Assembly (NCBI GenBank): GCA_963737265.1
Contig: CAVTRY010000011.1
Location: 672,001 to 736,000 of the forward strand
Length of the DNA: 64,000 nt
From: an uncultured delta proteobacterium
Lineage (GTDB): Bacteria > Myxococcota_A > Polyangia > Fen-1088
Direction of reading: 5' to 3'
In this document: positions 1-10,163 of the stretch, piece after piece
How the letters are laid out: each line of letters opens with the position of its first letter
Numbering within the stretch: position 1 is the first letter of the stretch
Program-made: the position numbers and the translations under genes
Notes under the pieces: generated by a model
Told to the model about the DNA's origin: nothing
Seen by the model: the letters and a program-made list of their open reading frames with translations, nothing else
Databases searched by the model: none

Positions 1-362
1 TGAGGAACCGAGAACACCAGACGTCGTTTTTTCCAGTTGTCGGCCAGTGCGTGGCGATTTGCTGCCTGCGATCCGTTAGCCGCTGCCAATTCTTCTGCCG
101 TCGTCCAGCCGAATTCCTTGAGCAGACGTGCCCGGCGGGCTGCCAGTCGGTGCGCCATACTCACGTCGACATTGCTCGGCGCTACAAGATTGCCTGTGAT
201 GATCTCGATCAACTCTTCGGTCTTCCGCGAGCGTACCTTCACGGTGTGTTCTTGGACCAAGCTAGCAAGCACGCTAGCAAGCACCATCTCCGCGGCCTGG
301 TCGTGGATCTCAAACGAGGTCGTGCGATCAGGCGTCTGGTCAAAAGTCGTGTTGCCGGCCAT
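1..362 (-). CDS. Probable antitoxin (MbcA/Xre-like type, usually paired with a RES toxin); partial, runs off the left edge
   Basis: Not in the ORF track. ATG at 362 with GGAG upstream; open to the edge: MAGNTTFDQ...LLKEFGWTTAEELAAANGSQAANRHALADNWKKRRLVFSVP. The 'A..W.K.R.vF.V' pattern resembles that antitoxin family (recognition from memory). Confidence 0.5.
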   Translation of the reverse strand, partial: MAGNTTFDQTPDRTTSFEIHDQAAEMVLASVLASLVQEHTVKVRSRKTEELIEIITGNLVAPSNVDVSMAHRLAARRARLLKEFGWTTAEELAAANGSQAANRHALADNWKKRRLVFSVP

Positions 363-388
363 GGGAGCTACTCCTGATGAATATGACC

Positions 389-418
389 ATATTATTCACC
401 AATCATCATTCCTGTCAA
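389..418 (-). promoter_or_regulatory. Sigma70-type promoter for the left-edge gene
   Basis: Minus strand TTGACA-18 nt-TAATAT in an AT-rich patch. Confidence 0.5.
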
Positions 419-456
419 CCAAAGGCCGCATTGCCGACACGGGCCTCTGAACCAGC

Positions 457-903
457 GTGAAGTACTTCTTCGACATCAGCGAGCTGCAGGCCCAGGGCAA
501 GTCCATCAGCGACGTCACGGCCAGCCTGATTTACGACCGCGGCGCCACCGAATTCGGCCAGCCATCCAGCATCGCCTCTCCCAAGCTTTGTCCCAAGAGC
601 TCTTCGACCTACTACGTGGAAATGGGCTTCGCGGGCTACGACTTCTGGGGCCGCATCGTCCAGCTCAAGGCCCCGCGCACCTTCATGCTCGATATCGGCA
701 CCGCGAACGGCGCCGACTGCGTCTGGGATCCATCCAACGACTGGAGCTACGCTTCCCTGCAGCCGGCGCCAACCGACGGTAGCGACCCGCCCAAGACGCC
801 CCACATCACGGTGTATAGCAACGGCATCCTCGCCTGGGGCGAAGAGCCGCCCTGCTTCGACGAAACGGTCACGCCTCAGCCGCCGCCGATCTGGATCCCG
901 TAG
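457..903 (+). pseudogene. C-terminal CBM3c-like fragment of a GH9-type cellulase, 5'-truncated
   Basis: KYFFDISEL...YYVE...WDPSNDWSY..L...KTPHITVY.NG.LAWGEEP matches the CBM3c pattern; in-frame TGA at 448-450; no signal peptide or catalytic domain. Confidence 0.65.
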
Positions 904-931
904 GACAAGCCCGGGCTTCGCCCGCAGTAGA

Positions 932-3541
932 TCAGCGTCGCGGCCGCGGAGCGGGCGGCGTTGCTGTTGCGCCATCCTCGGGCCAGGCATGCCGGGGATA
1001 GCGCCGACAGAGCTCACGTCGGATTCCGGGATAGTGTTTTTGCCAGAATCCCGCAAGGTCGCTCGTCACCTGCACGGCGCGCTGGTTGGGCGCTAGCAGG
1101 TGCAGGGTCAGCGGCACACGTCCCCGGCAGAGCGTCGGGCCAGAGGCCATGCCAAAGAAGTCCTGCAACCGGGATTCGATCCACGGCCTCTGGCCGCGCT
1201 GGTAATGCACGAGCGCCTGGCGTCCGCCCGGCAACCGGACGTGGTCGGGGGTGTCGTTTCGCAGCAGCGCCGAGACGGTTGGCGAAAGCACTCCGCGGAT
1301 ACGTTCCTCCATCGGCACCGAACGCAATTCGGCCATGCTGGTCAAGCCGCCACAGGCAGCGACGACGATGGCGGAAACCTCCGCGTCCTCCAAGATCGGT
1401 ATTTCCTGCTCGGAGAACGCCTGCCGCAAAATCTCAAGTTTTACTTGAAGAACAGCGGTCGAACTTCCGTCCGGGTCGGGGCTGCCGGTCCCCGCCGCCA
1501 AGGCTGCTTCAGCCAGCATTCGGCTCGCTTCGGCGGACGACGGCGCGGCCCGCCGGGTCTCGTCGAGCACCACGGCCCCATAGCAAAGCCGGGCCACGAT
1601 CTCGACCCGCTCGGTGCTCGGGTTCCACACGGTTTCGTCCGTCTCGGACATTCCTTCCGGCACCAAATCGAGCAGCCACTCGGCTCGTACACCAACGGCC
1701 AGGCGGACTACGACCGACCGACCCGCGCGTTTCCCCGCCGCGGTCGCGCGCTCCTCCGCATCCACGGCAACCATGACGTCGTCAGGGGGCAAGGGACCAA
1801 CCTCCGCCACGCCCCCCGTGGCCAGCACGGCTTGGCTCGCTCCTGGCGAACGGCGACGCATGACCCGATCGGGGAAAGCCGTCAGGGTAGCCATGGAAAG
1901 CGCCTCGTCCACGGCCTCGGCGTTGGCCGGCCGCGGTAAGACGCTCTTGGCGGCGACCCCAGCCAGCACGCCAGCGAGCTGCCGCCGGGCTTTCTCGACC
2001 GATTCGGCGGCACGCGCGTCCACGCCCAGGGCGCGCAAGCGACCGCGGTCGAACCGCACCGCCCTGGCTTGGTTGAAGCGGTCGAGGCGTTCGAGCAGAT
2101 CCGAGCCTTCCGCCGCCGCACCCCGATTGGCAGCGTCCCCGAAGCGGGTTCGTGCGGCATCGCTGATATCGCCTTCCGCGAGCAGCCCCGCCACCGCAGC
2201 CGCCTCCTCGCCCACGCCACGGCGTTCTCCTTCCACCAGCAGGCGCGCCAGCCGGGGATGAGCGGGAAAACGCAGCATGCGCCGCCCGATTTCCGTCAAG
2301 GCGCCCTGCCCGCCTATCGCCCCAAGCTTGCGCAGAAGCGCGGTCCCTGATTCGATCGACGAAGCCCCTGGCATCTCGAACCACGCGAATCGGTTGGCGT
2401 CGCGCACGCCCAGCGCCGCGAGCAGGAGCAGGGCTTCGCAAAGGTCGAGCCGGCCTATTTCCGGAATCTCGAACGGCCGGCGCGATTCGAAATCGTGCCG
2501 GGGATAGAGGCGGATGGCCAGGCCGGGCCCGGTTCGTCCGGCCCGCCCTGCGCGCTGAATGGCCGAGGCTTGGCTGATCTTGGCAACCGCCAGTTTGGAC
2601 AGCCCGCTCCACGCGGAATGGGATGCGATGCGGGCCAGCCCCGAATCGATCACCGTGGAAACGCCTTCGATGGTCACGGACGTCTCGGCGACGTTGGTCG
2701 ACAAGATGATCTTAGGTCGAGCCGCGGGCGTCACCGCCCGACGTTGCTCCGCTGGCGATAAGTCGCCATGAAGGGGCAGCACCAGCAGATCTTTCGCCTT
2801 GGCAAAGGCTTCAAGCGCCGAGGCCGCTCGTCGGATCTCGCCCGCGCCGGGGACGAAAACGAGAATATCCCCGGCCATCCCCTCTTGATGAACGCGCCGA
2901 ACCGCCGATGTGATTCGGTCGGCCAAGGGACGCTCGTCGGCGTTGTCCGGATAGTCGATGGAAACGGGAAAGGCCCGGCCCAGGCTGCGCACGCCGGGAC
3001 AATCGCCGAGAAACGCACGCACCGGCTCACTTTCCAGCGTGGCGGACATGACGACCAGGCGCAGATCCGGTCGCGCGTTCAGTTGCAAGCGCCGAAGCAA
3101 TGCCAGGGCGAGATCCGCGGCGAGGTGCCGTTCGTGAAATTCGTCGAGAATGACCGCGGACACGCCCGGCAGCGTCGGCTCCGCCAGCAGACGCCGCAGC
3201 AGAATTCCCTCCGTCATGAAGCGGATGCGCGTACGCGGGCTCGATACGTCCTCGAAGCGAACCGTGTAGCCAACGGTTTGACCGACCTCCTCCCCCATTT
3301 CCTCCGCCACGCGCGAGGCCGCCAGGCGCGCTGGCAAGCGCCGCGGTTGCAACACGACGATCTCGCCGCCCGAACCATGCCCGAGCAGGGCCGGCGGCAC
3401 CCGCGTGGTCTTGCCCGCCCCTGGCGGCGCTTCGATGACCAGGCTTGCCTCGTGCAACAGGGTCGACCCTATCTCCGCCAGCAGCGCATCGATGGGTAGT
3501 TGGGTTCGTGCCAAGGATGACTGCGTCCGATGCGACGGCAT
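932..3541 (-). CDS. hrpB: ATP-dependent RNA helicase HrpB
   Basis: APPGAGKTT, DEFHER, MSAT, TNVAETS, QRAGRAGR and the C-terminal LLAPNQRAVQVTSDL..FW...YPRHAWP; start moved to the ATG downstream of the upstream gene's stop. Confidence 0.93.
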   Translation of the reverse strand: MPSHRTQSSLARTQLPIDALLAEIGSTLLHEASLVIEAPPGAGKTTRVPPALLGHGSGGEIVVLQPRRLPARLAASRVAEEMGEEVGQTVGYTVRFEDVSSPRTRIRFMTEGILLRRLLAEPTLPGVSAVILDEFHERHLAADLALALLRRLQLNARPDLRLVVMSATLESEPVRAFLGDCPGVRSLGRAFPVSIDYPDNADERPLADRITSAVRRVHQEGMAGDILVFVPGAGEIRRAASALEAFAKAKDLLVLPLHGDLSPAEQRRAVTPAARPKIILSTNVAETSVTIEGVSTVIDSGLARIASHSAWSGLSKLAVAKISQASAIQRAGRAGRTGPGLAIRLYPRHDFESRRPFEIPEIGRLDLCEALLLLAALGVRDANRFAWFEMPGASSIESGTALLRKLGAIGGQGALTEIGRRMLRFPAHPRLARLLVEGERRGVGEEAAAVAGLLAEGDISDAARTRFGDAANRGAAAEGSDLLERLDRFNQARAVRFDRGRLRALGVDARAAESVEKARRQLAGVLAGVAAKSVLPRPANAEAVDEALSMATLTAFPDRVMRRRSPGASQAVLATGGVAEVGPLPPDDVMVAVDAEERATAAGKRAGRSVVVRLAVGVRAEWLLDLVPEGMSETDETVWNPSTERVEIVARLCYGAVVLDETRRAAPSSAEASRMLAEAALAAGTGSPDPDGSSTAVLQVKLEILRQAFSEQEIPILEDAEVSAIVVAACGGLTSMAELRSVPMEERIRGVLSPTVSALLRNDTPDHVRLPGGRQALVHYQRGQRPWIESRLQDFFGMASGPTLCRGRVPLTLHLLAPNQRAVQVTSDLAGFWQKHYPGIRRELCRRYPRHAWPEDGATATPPAPRPRR

Positions 3542-3545
3542 CGGC

Positions 3546-4460
3546 CTAGGGGAAAAACTGCGCGCCCTGTCCACGTTCGAGATCGAAGTCGAACCTCCCC
3601 GTCGTCGCATCGCCGCCCAGGGTTCCGCCGATCTGTGGCGCCGGCTCGGGCAAGTCATTGAGAAACGCGTTCACGATATTCGAGTCGGTCAGCGTAAGGG
3701 AGAAGCTCGTGGCGTAAATCCTCTCGCCAAAATTCACATGGAACTTGACACCAACGGGGTCGCGAGCCTGGGGCGTTCGGTCAGTCTGTGCCGCGCTTCC
3801 GAAATCTTGAAACTCCACCCACGAGCTCCAACTGCCATCCAGCACCACCGGCGGCGGGGTGGTGGAAAATTCGGGCGGGATCGGGCCTGAAATCGCGCTC
3901 GCATCCAAGTTGGCCGAGCAGGTCATCTTGAGCGCCAAGTCACCATGAATGACGCTGTCGTACTGAACCCGCAGGCGCCCCGGCCCATTGTCCGAGGCGC
4001 GAAAACAAAGGGTAGGATCCCAGTCACCTTTCCCAGTCGCGGGGTCGACGCGCCCGCGCACGCAACGGGCCACATCATAGGAGGTCACCACGTCGAAGGT
4101 GAGGACATCATTCTGCTCGATTTGTCTTCCGGAACGTTGCAGGCGGATGATCAGTCTGTTGCTCATGATCTCCGACCCCGGATCGTATTCACGCAGATCG
4201 TCGATGGGCTCGCCGGCAAAGAAGGTCGGCTGCAAGTCGAAGGGAACCGGATTGTCAAAGGTCCCGGCAATCCCCGCTACGGCATAGTCGCCGTTCTTTG
4301 AACACCCGTACTCAAAGATCGCTCCGCTCGCGGCGCCAACCCCCTTGCCCACAGCGCACGCGCCAGCGCCCATCGTGGTCAGTCCAACTGCCATCAGGCT
4401 CGTCGCGCGTAGAATCGCGCGCGCCTTCGGAGATGATGTCGTCAAGGTCACCACGGGCAT
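3546..4460 (-). CDS. Hypothetical lipoprotein
   Basis: 304 aa ORF; hydrophobic N-terminus ending AGAC; coding-like composition. Confidence 0.65.
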   Translation of the reverse strand: MPVVTLTTSSPKARAILRATSLMAVGLTTMGAGACAVGKGVGAASGAIFEYGCSKNGDYAVAGIAGTFDNPVPFDLQPTFFAGEPIDDLREYDPGSEIMSNRLIIRLQRSGRQIEQNDVLTFDVVTSYDVARCVRGRVDPATGKGDWDPTLCFRASDNGPGRLRVQYDSVIHGDLALKMTCSANLDASAISGPIPPEFSTTPPPVVLDGSWSSWVEFQDFGSAAQTDRTPQARDPVGVKFHVNFGERIYATSFSLTLTDSNIVNAFLNDLPEPAPQIGGTLGGDATTGRFDFDLERGQGAQFFP

Positions 4461-4649
4461 GTTTCGCGGGAGTTTACCCTACCCCCTGAAAGCGACCGAG
4501 AAAGTCTGTCGCCGCACCAGATTGGGAGTGAAAACGCGAACAGTCAAGCTGGCCAAACCTTCCGCCGATAGAAAGGTCCGGACACGGTCGCGTCGGTCCA
4601 CATGCGTGCGCCAGCCGCGACCCTGCCCAGCATCAACGGGGTGGAGCGC

Positions 4650-5027
4650 ATGACAAAGTCTGAGCTAATCGAACATATCTCCGAAATGAGGAGCTTGCCG
4701 AGGGGACGCGCGGAGCTGGCCGTGAACATGATCCTTGAGTGCTTGGCCGAGGCTCTCCGGCGCGACGAACGGGTGGAGATCCGCGGACTCGGTAGTTTTG
4801 AAACCCGGAGCTACGGCGCCTACAAGGGGCGAAATCCGCGCACTGGGGATTCGGTCGCGGTCAAGCCGAAACGCCTTCCCTATTTCAAAGTCGGCAAGGA
4901 GCTCAAAGAGCTGATCAACTCGAAGCTGCGGCGTACCCAGGAAATGCCGACCCTTCGGGCTTCCGCCCCGCCCACCGCGTCCGATCCCGAGATCCAATCG
5001 GATGCTTCTTCTTCGCGCAGGCGCTGA
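4650..5027 (+). CDS. ihfB: Integration host factor beta / HU-family protein
   Basis: MTKSELIE...RVEIRGLGSF...GRNPRTG..V.V.PKRLPYFKVGKELKE; GGAG RBS. Confidence 0.88.
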   Translation: MTKSELIEHISEMRSLPRGRAELAVNMILECLAEALRRDERVEIRGLGSFETRSYGAYKGRNPRTGDSVAVKPKRLPYFKVGKELKELINSKLRRTQEMPTLRASAPPTASDPEIQSDASSSRRR

Positions 5028-5066
5028 AGATGCGGAAGAGCGGGCCTCCGCTCAACGAAGCTGCCG

Positions 5067-6068
5067 TTAGGAAAGCCTGTCGCGTCCGCCAGATTCGACG
5101 AACACCCCCATGCCGCGGAATTTCTTGTAGCGTTCGTCCTTTAAGCGCTGCGGCGAGAGTTGCGACAGCTCATCCAAGTGGCGGCGAATCGCGGCCGCCA
5201 AGTTGCGGGCGGTCAGATCGAAATCGCGATGCGCGCCGCCCGGTGCCTCGGGCACGATTTCGTCGATCACGCCGAGACGCAGAATTTCCGGTGCGGTGAT
5301 CTTCATCGCCGCCGCCGCGTCGGCCTTGCGATCGTCGCTGCGAAAGAGAATCGACGCGCAGCCTTCGGGCGAAATCACCGAATAGACCGCGTTTTCCAGC
5401 ATCAGAATGCGATCGGCGACACCAATGGCCAGCGCCCCGCCCGAGCCGCCCTCGCCGATCACGACCGAAATGATCGGCACCGGCATGCCGGCCATGACCT
5501 CGAGGCTCTTGGCCACGGCCTCGGCCTGGCCGCGCTCTTCCGCGTCGATGCCGGGGAAGGCGCCGGGCGTATCGAGCAAGCACAGAACGGGCCGGCCGAA
5601 ACGCGCTGCCAGATCCATGAGACGCATCGATTTGCGATAGCCTTCGGGCTTCACCATGCCCATGTTGCGGGCTAGCTTCTCCTTGGTCTTGCGGCCCTTC
5701 TGCTGGCCCAAGCACACCACGGGCATGCCCTCGAAAAATCCGATGCCCCCGACCATGGCGGCGTCATCGGCGAAACGCCGGTCGCCGTGCAGCTCGCGGA
5801 AATCGGCGATGATGCGCGCAAAGTAATCGAGCGTGTACGGCCGCCCGGGATGGCGAGCGAGCTGCACCTTTTGCCACGGCGTGAGCTCCGAAAAAATCTG
5901 CTTCTGCAGCGCCACGGCGCGCTTTTCTAGCAGGAGAATCTCGCGCTCCAGATCGGGCGAGGTCCGCGAACGGATCTTCAGCGCGGCGATTTTGCGCTGG
6001 AGGTCGACTATCGGCCGCTCGAAGTCGAGGACGGGAGGTTCGGAAGCTTTCTCTTTCTTGGGTGACAT
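5067..6068 (-). CDS. accA: Acetyl-CoA carboxylase carboxyltransferase alpha subunit
   Basis: LDFERPI, ARHPGRP, ELHGDR, DTPGAFPG..AEERGQ, GEGGSGGALA, YSVISPEG. Confidence 0.96.
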   Translation of the reverse strand: MSPKKEKASEPPVLDFERPIVDLQRKIAALKIRSRTSPDLEREILLLEKRAVALQKQIFSELTPWQKVQLARHPGRPYTLDYFARIIADFRELHGDRRFADDAAMVGGIGFFEGMPVVCLGQQKGRKTKEKLARNMGMVKPEGYRKSMRLMDLAARFGRPVLCLLDTPGAFPGIDAEERGQAEAVAKSLEVMAGMPVPIISVVIGEGGSGGALAIGVADRILMLENAVYSVISPEGCASILFRSDDRKADAAAAMKITAPEILRLGVIDEIVPEAPGGAHRDFDLTARNLAAAIRRHLDELSQLSPQRLKDERYKKFRGMGVFVESGGRDRLS

Positions 6069-6168
6069 GCCGGGACCGTGCATCCTCTTTCGGCCGGGGC
6101 CGACAGTCAACAAGGCGTGTGACATTTGCAATCGGCAAGCGCCGTGTTTTCGGTCAAGGACGTTCGCG

Positions 6169-7119
6169 TCAGGCCAGCAGCCAGCCGCGAATCAAGTGCG
6201 CCAGCGCAGCGGGCACGAGCGGCTCGAAGGCACGCAGGTGAACGTCTTCGCGGCGAAACCACGTTCGCTGGCGCCGCGCATAGGCGGCGGTCGCAGACTT
6301 GATCTCGGCCACCGCCTCGTCCAAAGCCAGGGCGCCGTCGAGATGCCGCCCGAGTTGCTTGTAGCCAAGCGCCTGCATCGCCCGCGCGCCGCCGTGTCCG
6401 GCCGCGCGCAGGGCGCCAACTTCTTCAAGAAATCCCGCCGACATCATCGCGTCGACACGTGCAGCGATGCGCGGGCGCAAGGACGCCATGGCGAACTCGA
6501 GAACGATGGAAAACACACGCAGGGACGGCGGCGCGGCCGCGCTTTGCCGCCGCAGCTTGCTGATGGGCGTTGCGGTCTGCTCGAATACCTCCAGCGCGCG
6601 GCTGATGCGCAAAAGATCCCCAGGCAGGATCTTGGTCGCCGCCTCGGGATCGACCTGGCTCAACCTTTCGTACAAGGCGGGAATGCCCAGCTCGGCAGCC
6701 TCGGCCTGATGGCGCGCCCGAATCGCGGGATCCGGTCTCGGTGCCGCGAACAGTCCCTTCACCAGGGCGCGAAAATAGAGTCCCGTACCCCCAACGATGA
6801 TGGGAAGGCGTCCGCGCGCCCGGACCTCGGCGATGATCGCACGCGCGCCTTCGGCCCAGGCGGCGGCATGAAACTGCTCGCCGGGAGGAACCAGATCGAG
6901 CAGGTGATGCGGAATCGCGATGCGTTCTGCGGGCGTTGGCTTGGCCGTGCCGATGTCCAAGCCAAGATAGACCTGCATCGAATCGCAGCACAGAATTTCG
7001 CCATCGAGCTCCTCGGCAAGCGCCAACCCGAGCGCGCTTTTTCCGGAGGCCGTTGGGCCCAGAACGGCAACAACCGGCGGCGCGACGACGGCGTCGCCGA
7101 CCAGCGGGGCCGGCGCCAT
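6169..7119 (-). CDS. miaA: tRNA dimethylallyltransferase
   Basis: GPTASGKS, DSMQVY, IGTAKP, GGTGLY, YARRQRTW; TGATG coupling with mutL. Confidence 0.95.
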   Translation of the reverse strand: MAPAPLVGDAVVAPPVVAVLGPTASGKSALGLALAEELDGEILCCDSMQVYLGLDIGTAKPTPAERIAIPHHLLDLVPPGEQFHAAAWAEGARAIIAEVRARGRLPIIVGGTGLYFRALVKGLFAAPRPDPAIRARHQAEAAELGIPALYERLSQVDPEAATKILPGDLLRISRALEVFEQTATPISKLRRQSAAAPPSLRVFSIVLEFAMASLRPRIAARVDAMMSAGFLEEVGALRAAGHGGARAMQALGYKQLGRHLDGALALDEAVAEIKSATAAYARRQRTWFRREDVHLRAFEPLVPAALAHLIRGWLLA

Positions 7120-9005
7120 CAGGTTCGCCCTAGGCGCTGTTCGATCTCGGACATGGGCATGCGCAACAGTACCGGCCGCCCATGCGGACAGTGCGACCGC
7201 AAATCCACACCGTCGAGCTGAACCAGCAGCGCGAGCGCCTGATCGCGGCTGACGATATCGCCAGCGCGCAGGGCACCGTGGCATGCCATGGTGGCGAAAA
7301 TCTTGTCGAAACCAGCTTCCGCCGGATTCGTTCCCTCATCGCTGGAGATGCCGTGAATGACATCCAGCAGCAGCGGCTTCGGATCGACCTTCCTGAGAAG
7401 ATCGGGCACGGCACGAACGAGCAGCGTCTTGGGACCGAAATCCTCGACCTCGAAGCCCAGGCCGGCGAGGGTTTCCAGCGCCGACGTCTCGCGGACCGCG
7501 GCGAGGGCCGGATCGTCGAGCTCGATGGGGATGGGAAAGAGCAGGCGCTGGCGCGCGACCTTGCGCTGGCGATGGGCTTGGCGCAGGCGTTCGAAGGTGA
7601 TGCGCTCGTGGGCCGCGTGCTGATCTACGATGACGAGCTCGCCCTGCCCTTCGCAGATTAAATAGGTGCGGCGCATTTGGCCGATGTATTCGAGGCCGCC
7701 GAAAAAGCCTTCCGAGCCCACGACCGAAGCGAGAGCCGGCGCCTCCTCGGCGGGAGCCGGATCCTTCGGCATCTCCAGCCCCTCGATGGTGTGGCTAAGT
7801 CCGCCCGCCAAACTGCGCTGCGCCGGTCGCAGCGGCTCCTGCCAAGCGCGGCCTGCACCACTGCCTGCACCACGGCCTGGCCTCTCGCTCTCGACCGACG
7901 ACAGCTCGGCCGGCTCGGCCGCGGCCTCGGCCACGGCGTCGAGATGTTCGGGCGGCAAGGTGTAGGCATGCAACGGTGCCGGCGGCAGCCACGGCGCGCG
8001 CGCCACCGCCGCGCCCACCACGTGGCGAACAGCGCCGTAAACCTCTTGCGCCCGCGCGAATCGCACTTCCAGCTTTTGTGGATGCACGTTCACGTCCAGC
8101 TCCTGCCCTGGCACCTCGACGAAAAGCGCAGCCATGGGGTAACGGCCCTTTTCCAGCAGCTCACCGTAGCCCATGCCGAGCGCGTGGAGCAGCGACCGAT
8201 CGCGCACGAAGCGCTTGCCCACGAACAGGAAGGTTGACCGCGGCGTGGCGGATGCCTCCTCGGGCGCGGCCAGAAACGCGCGCACGACCACGCCGGCTTC
8301 CTCGCCGCGCGCCTCGTGGAGCAGGCTTGCTCCGCGCCGAGCAAGCGCGGCCCTCACGCGTTCGCCCATGTCGCGATGGGGTGGTAAGTCCAGCACCACG
8401 CGACCGTTGCCGCGCAGGCGGAAGTGGATCTCGGGATAGGCGAGTGCGAGGCGCATCACCGCCTCGGCGACGTTGGCCGCTTCGGTGGCCTCTGACTTCA
8501 TGAATTTGAGGCGCGCCGGCGTATTCCAGAACAGGTCGCGCACCTCGACCTGCGTGCCGTCGGGCATTCCCACCTCGCCGCTGCTCGTCTCGATGCCTCC
8601 CTCGAACCCGAGGCTGAATCCTGCGGTCGTCCCCGGCCGTTTCGTGCGCATGGTCAGACGAGAAACCGCCGCGATGGACGGCAAGGCCTCGCCTCTAAAA
8701 CCAAAGGTCGTGAGCCCCCACAAATCGTCGGGGCTGGTGATCTTCGAGGTGGCGTGGCGGAGCAGCGACAGGCGCGTCTCCTCGGCGGTCATGCCACAGC
8801 CATCGTCGACAACGCGGATCAGCCGTCGCCCGCCCGCCTCGATCTCCACCTCGACCCGGTGGGCGCCAGCGTCGATGGAGTTTTCCGCCAGCTCCTTGAC
8901 CACCGAGGCCGGCCGTTCGACCACCTCGCCCGCCGCGATCTGGTCCGCCAGGGTCGGCGGCAACACGTGGATGCGTGGCGTTTCGGGCGGCGAAGGTGTG
9001 TCCAT
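7119..9005 (-). CDS. mutL: DNA mismatch repair protein MutL
   Basis: IAAGEVVERPASVVKEL, RHATSK, GFRGEAL, DVNVHPQK, DQHAAHER, CPHGRP. Confidence 0.97.
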   Translation of the reverse strand: MDTPSPPETPRIHVLPPTLADQIAAGEVVERPASVVKELAENSIDAGAHRVEVEIEAGGRRLIRVVDDGCGMTAEETRLSLLRHATSKITSPDDLWGLTTFGFRGEALPSIAAVSRLTMRTKRPGTTAGFSLGFEGGIETSSGEVGMPDGTQVEVRDLFWNTPARLKFMKSEATEAANVAEAVMRLALAYPEIHFRLRGNGRVVLDLPPHRDMGERVRAALARRGASLLHEARGEEAGVVVRAFLAAPEEASATPRSTFLFVGKRFVRDRSLLHALGMGYGELLEKGRYPMAALFVEVPGQELDVNVHPQKLEVRFARAQEVYGAVRHVVGAAVARAPWLPPAPLHAYTLPPEHLDAVAEAAAEPAELSSVESERPGRGAGSGAGRAWQEPLRPAQRSLAGGLSHTIEGLEMPKDPAPAEEAPALASVVGSEGFFGGLEYIGQMRRTYLICEGQGELVIVDQHAAHERITFERLRQAHRQRKVARQRLLFPIPIELDDPALAAVRETSALETLAGLGFEVEDFGPKTLLVRAVPDLLRKVDPKPLLLDVIHGISSDEGTNPAEAGFDKIFATMACHGALRAGDIVSRDQALALLVQLDGVDLRSHCPHGRPVLLRMPMSEIEQRLGRT

Positions 9006-9130
9006 TGCGGGCTAGGATATTCCAAGTGGCCACGAATAGCCGCATCCGAGATTGCCACGCGCGCTTCCTACGATTCTTCACGTTGGCCAATGAGCTTCGT
9101 GTCGCCTACTCGCCGATCCCGTCATCGTCT

Positions 9131-9218
9131 GCCGATGGGTTGGCGTTGGGCGGCGGGCGCCGAAGGCGACCCTGCAACGGCTTGCCGTTCGGCCGGATCA
9201 AACGCCCACTTGTTCGCC
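9131..9218 (+). other. Degenerate integron attC-like site
   Basis: GCCGATG-GGTTG-GCGTTGGGCGGC...GCCGGATCAAACGC-CCACTT-GTTCGCC: an 88-bp imperfect palindrome with an R'-like GTT box directly before the TA operon. Confidence 0.4.
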
Positions 9219-9228
9219 GGCTCTTGAA

Positions 9229-9249
9229 ATGCTAGCATAATGCTAGCAG
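9229..9249. promoter_or_regulatory. Palindromic operator of the TA operon
   Basis: ATGCTAGCAT-A-ATGCTAGCAG directly upstream of the antitoxin ATG; RHH antitoxins bind such inverted repeats. Confidence 0.65.
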
Positions 9250-9256
9250 GTGCAAC

Positions 9257-9484
9257 ATGGCAACTCTCACGATTAGAAATGTCCCAGACAAGGTCACAAA
9301 GTCGCTGAAGACTCTAGCCCGAAAGAACCATCGCTCGATGGAGCAAGAGGTGCGCGAGCTCATCAACGAGCACGTCGGTGAGCGCCTCTCTGTCCTCGAC
9401 CAAATCGAAGCCGCATGGGTCAAGCAGACACGTCGCCCGACCGCGGCTGAAGTCCAGGGATGGATCGCCACGGGACGCGAATGA
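9257..9484 (+). CDS. vapB: FitA/StbC-like ribbon-helix-helix antitoxin (VapB)
   Basis: MATLTIRNVPDKV..SLK..A..NHRSMEQEVR.LI; ATGA overlap with the toxin. Confidence 0.88.
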   Translation: MATLTIRNVPDKVTKSLKTLARKNHRSMEQEVRELINEHVGERLSVLDQIEAAWVKQTRRPTAAEVQGWIATGRE

Positions 9485-9897
9485 AAGCGGTCGTCGACAC
9501 GAACGTCCTCGCGTATTTTCTTTTGGGCACGCGACCTTTCGTCGAGGAAGCGAGCCGCTTTTGGCACGCGATCGATGGTGCCTTGGCGCCGGCAGTGTGG
9601 GAAGCTGAACTAGCGAATGTCATTTGGATGGCCGTGCGGGCCGACGCCATCGAGGCCGAGGACGCCAGGAGACGCCTCAGCCTCGCGGCGAAGATGGGCA
9701 TTCAATCCGTCCCGAGCAAGACTATGTGGCACGGCGCTCTTGAACGGGCGATTCAGTCGGGGGTGGCGGTGTACGACACCCTGTTCGTTGAACTCGCCAA
9801 ACGCGAGAACCTTCCGCTTGCAACCTTCGATGCGAAGGTGCTCGCGGCGTTCCCTGACATTGCTGTCCGCCCGAAAATCCTCGTCCCACAACACTGA
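9481..9897 (+). CDS. vapC: PIN-domain toxin VapC
   Basis: VVDTNV...E..N...YDTLFVELA....LATFD acidic PIN motifs. Confidence 0.9.
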   Translation: MKAVVDTNVLAYFLLGTRPFVEEASRFWHAIDGALAPAVWEAELANVIWMAVRADAIEAEDARRRLSLAAKMGIQSVPSKTMWHGALERAIQSGVAVYDTLFVELAKRENLPLATFDAKVLAAFPDIAVRPKILVPQH

Positions 9898-9918
9898 ACC
9901 AGTCCGACTAACGCCTTG

Positions 9919-10051
9919 CCGGGATCCCCTCCGAGGGTACTTTCCGGGATCCCCTCCGGGATCCCCTCCGAGGGTACTTTCCGGGATCCCCTCTCCGGGA
10001 TCCCCTCCGAGGGTACTTTCCAGTGCCGGGATCCCCTCCGAGGGTACTTTC
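9919..10051 (+). repeat. Stuttered repeat array 1, left part (unit CCGGGATCCCCTCCGAGGGTACTTT and 3'-truncated forms)
   Basis: 6 units starting with CCGGGATCCCCT, 4 of them with the full TCCGAGGGT core. Confidence 0.95.
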
Positions 10052-10163
10052 TGCTGAGCGACAATTACATCTCCCCAAAGACGACAGCTACGTCGCCCCG
10101 CTTTGAGGCGCGACGGTGACCGTGAGGTAGACCTCCAAGCCCGCAAGCGGGCAGGAGGCACCT

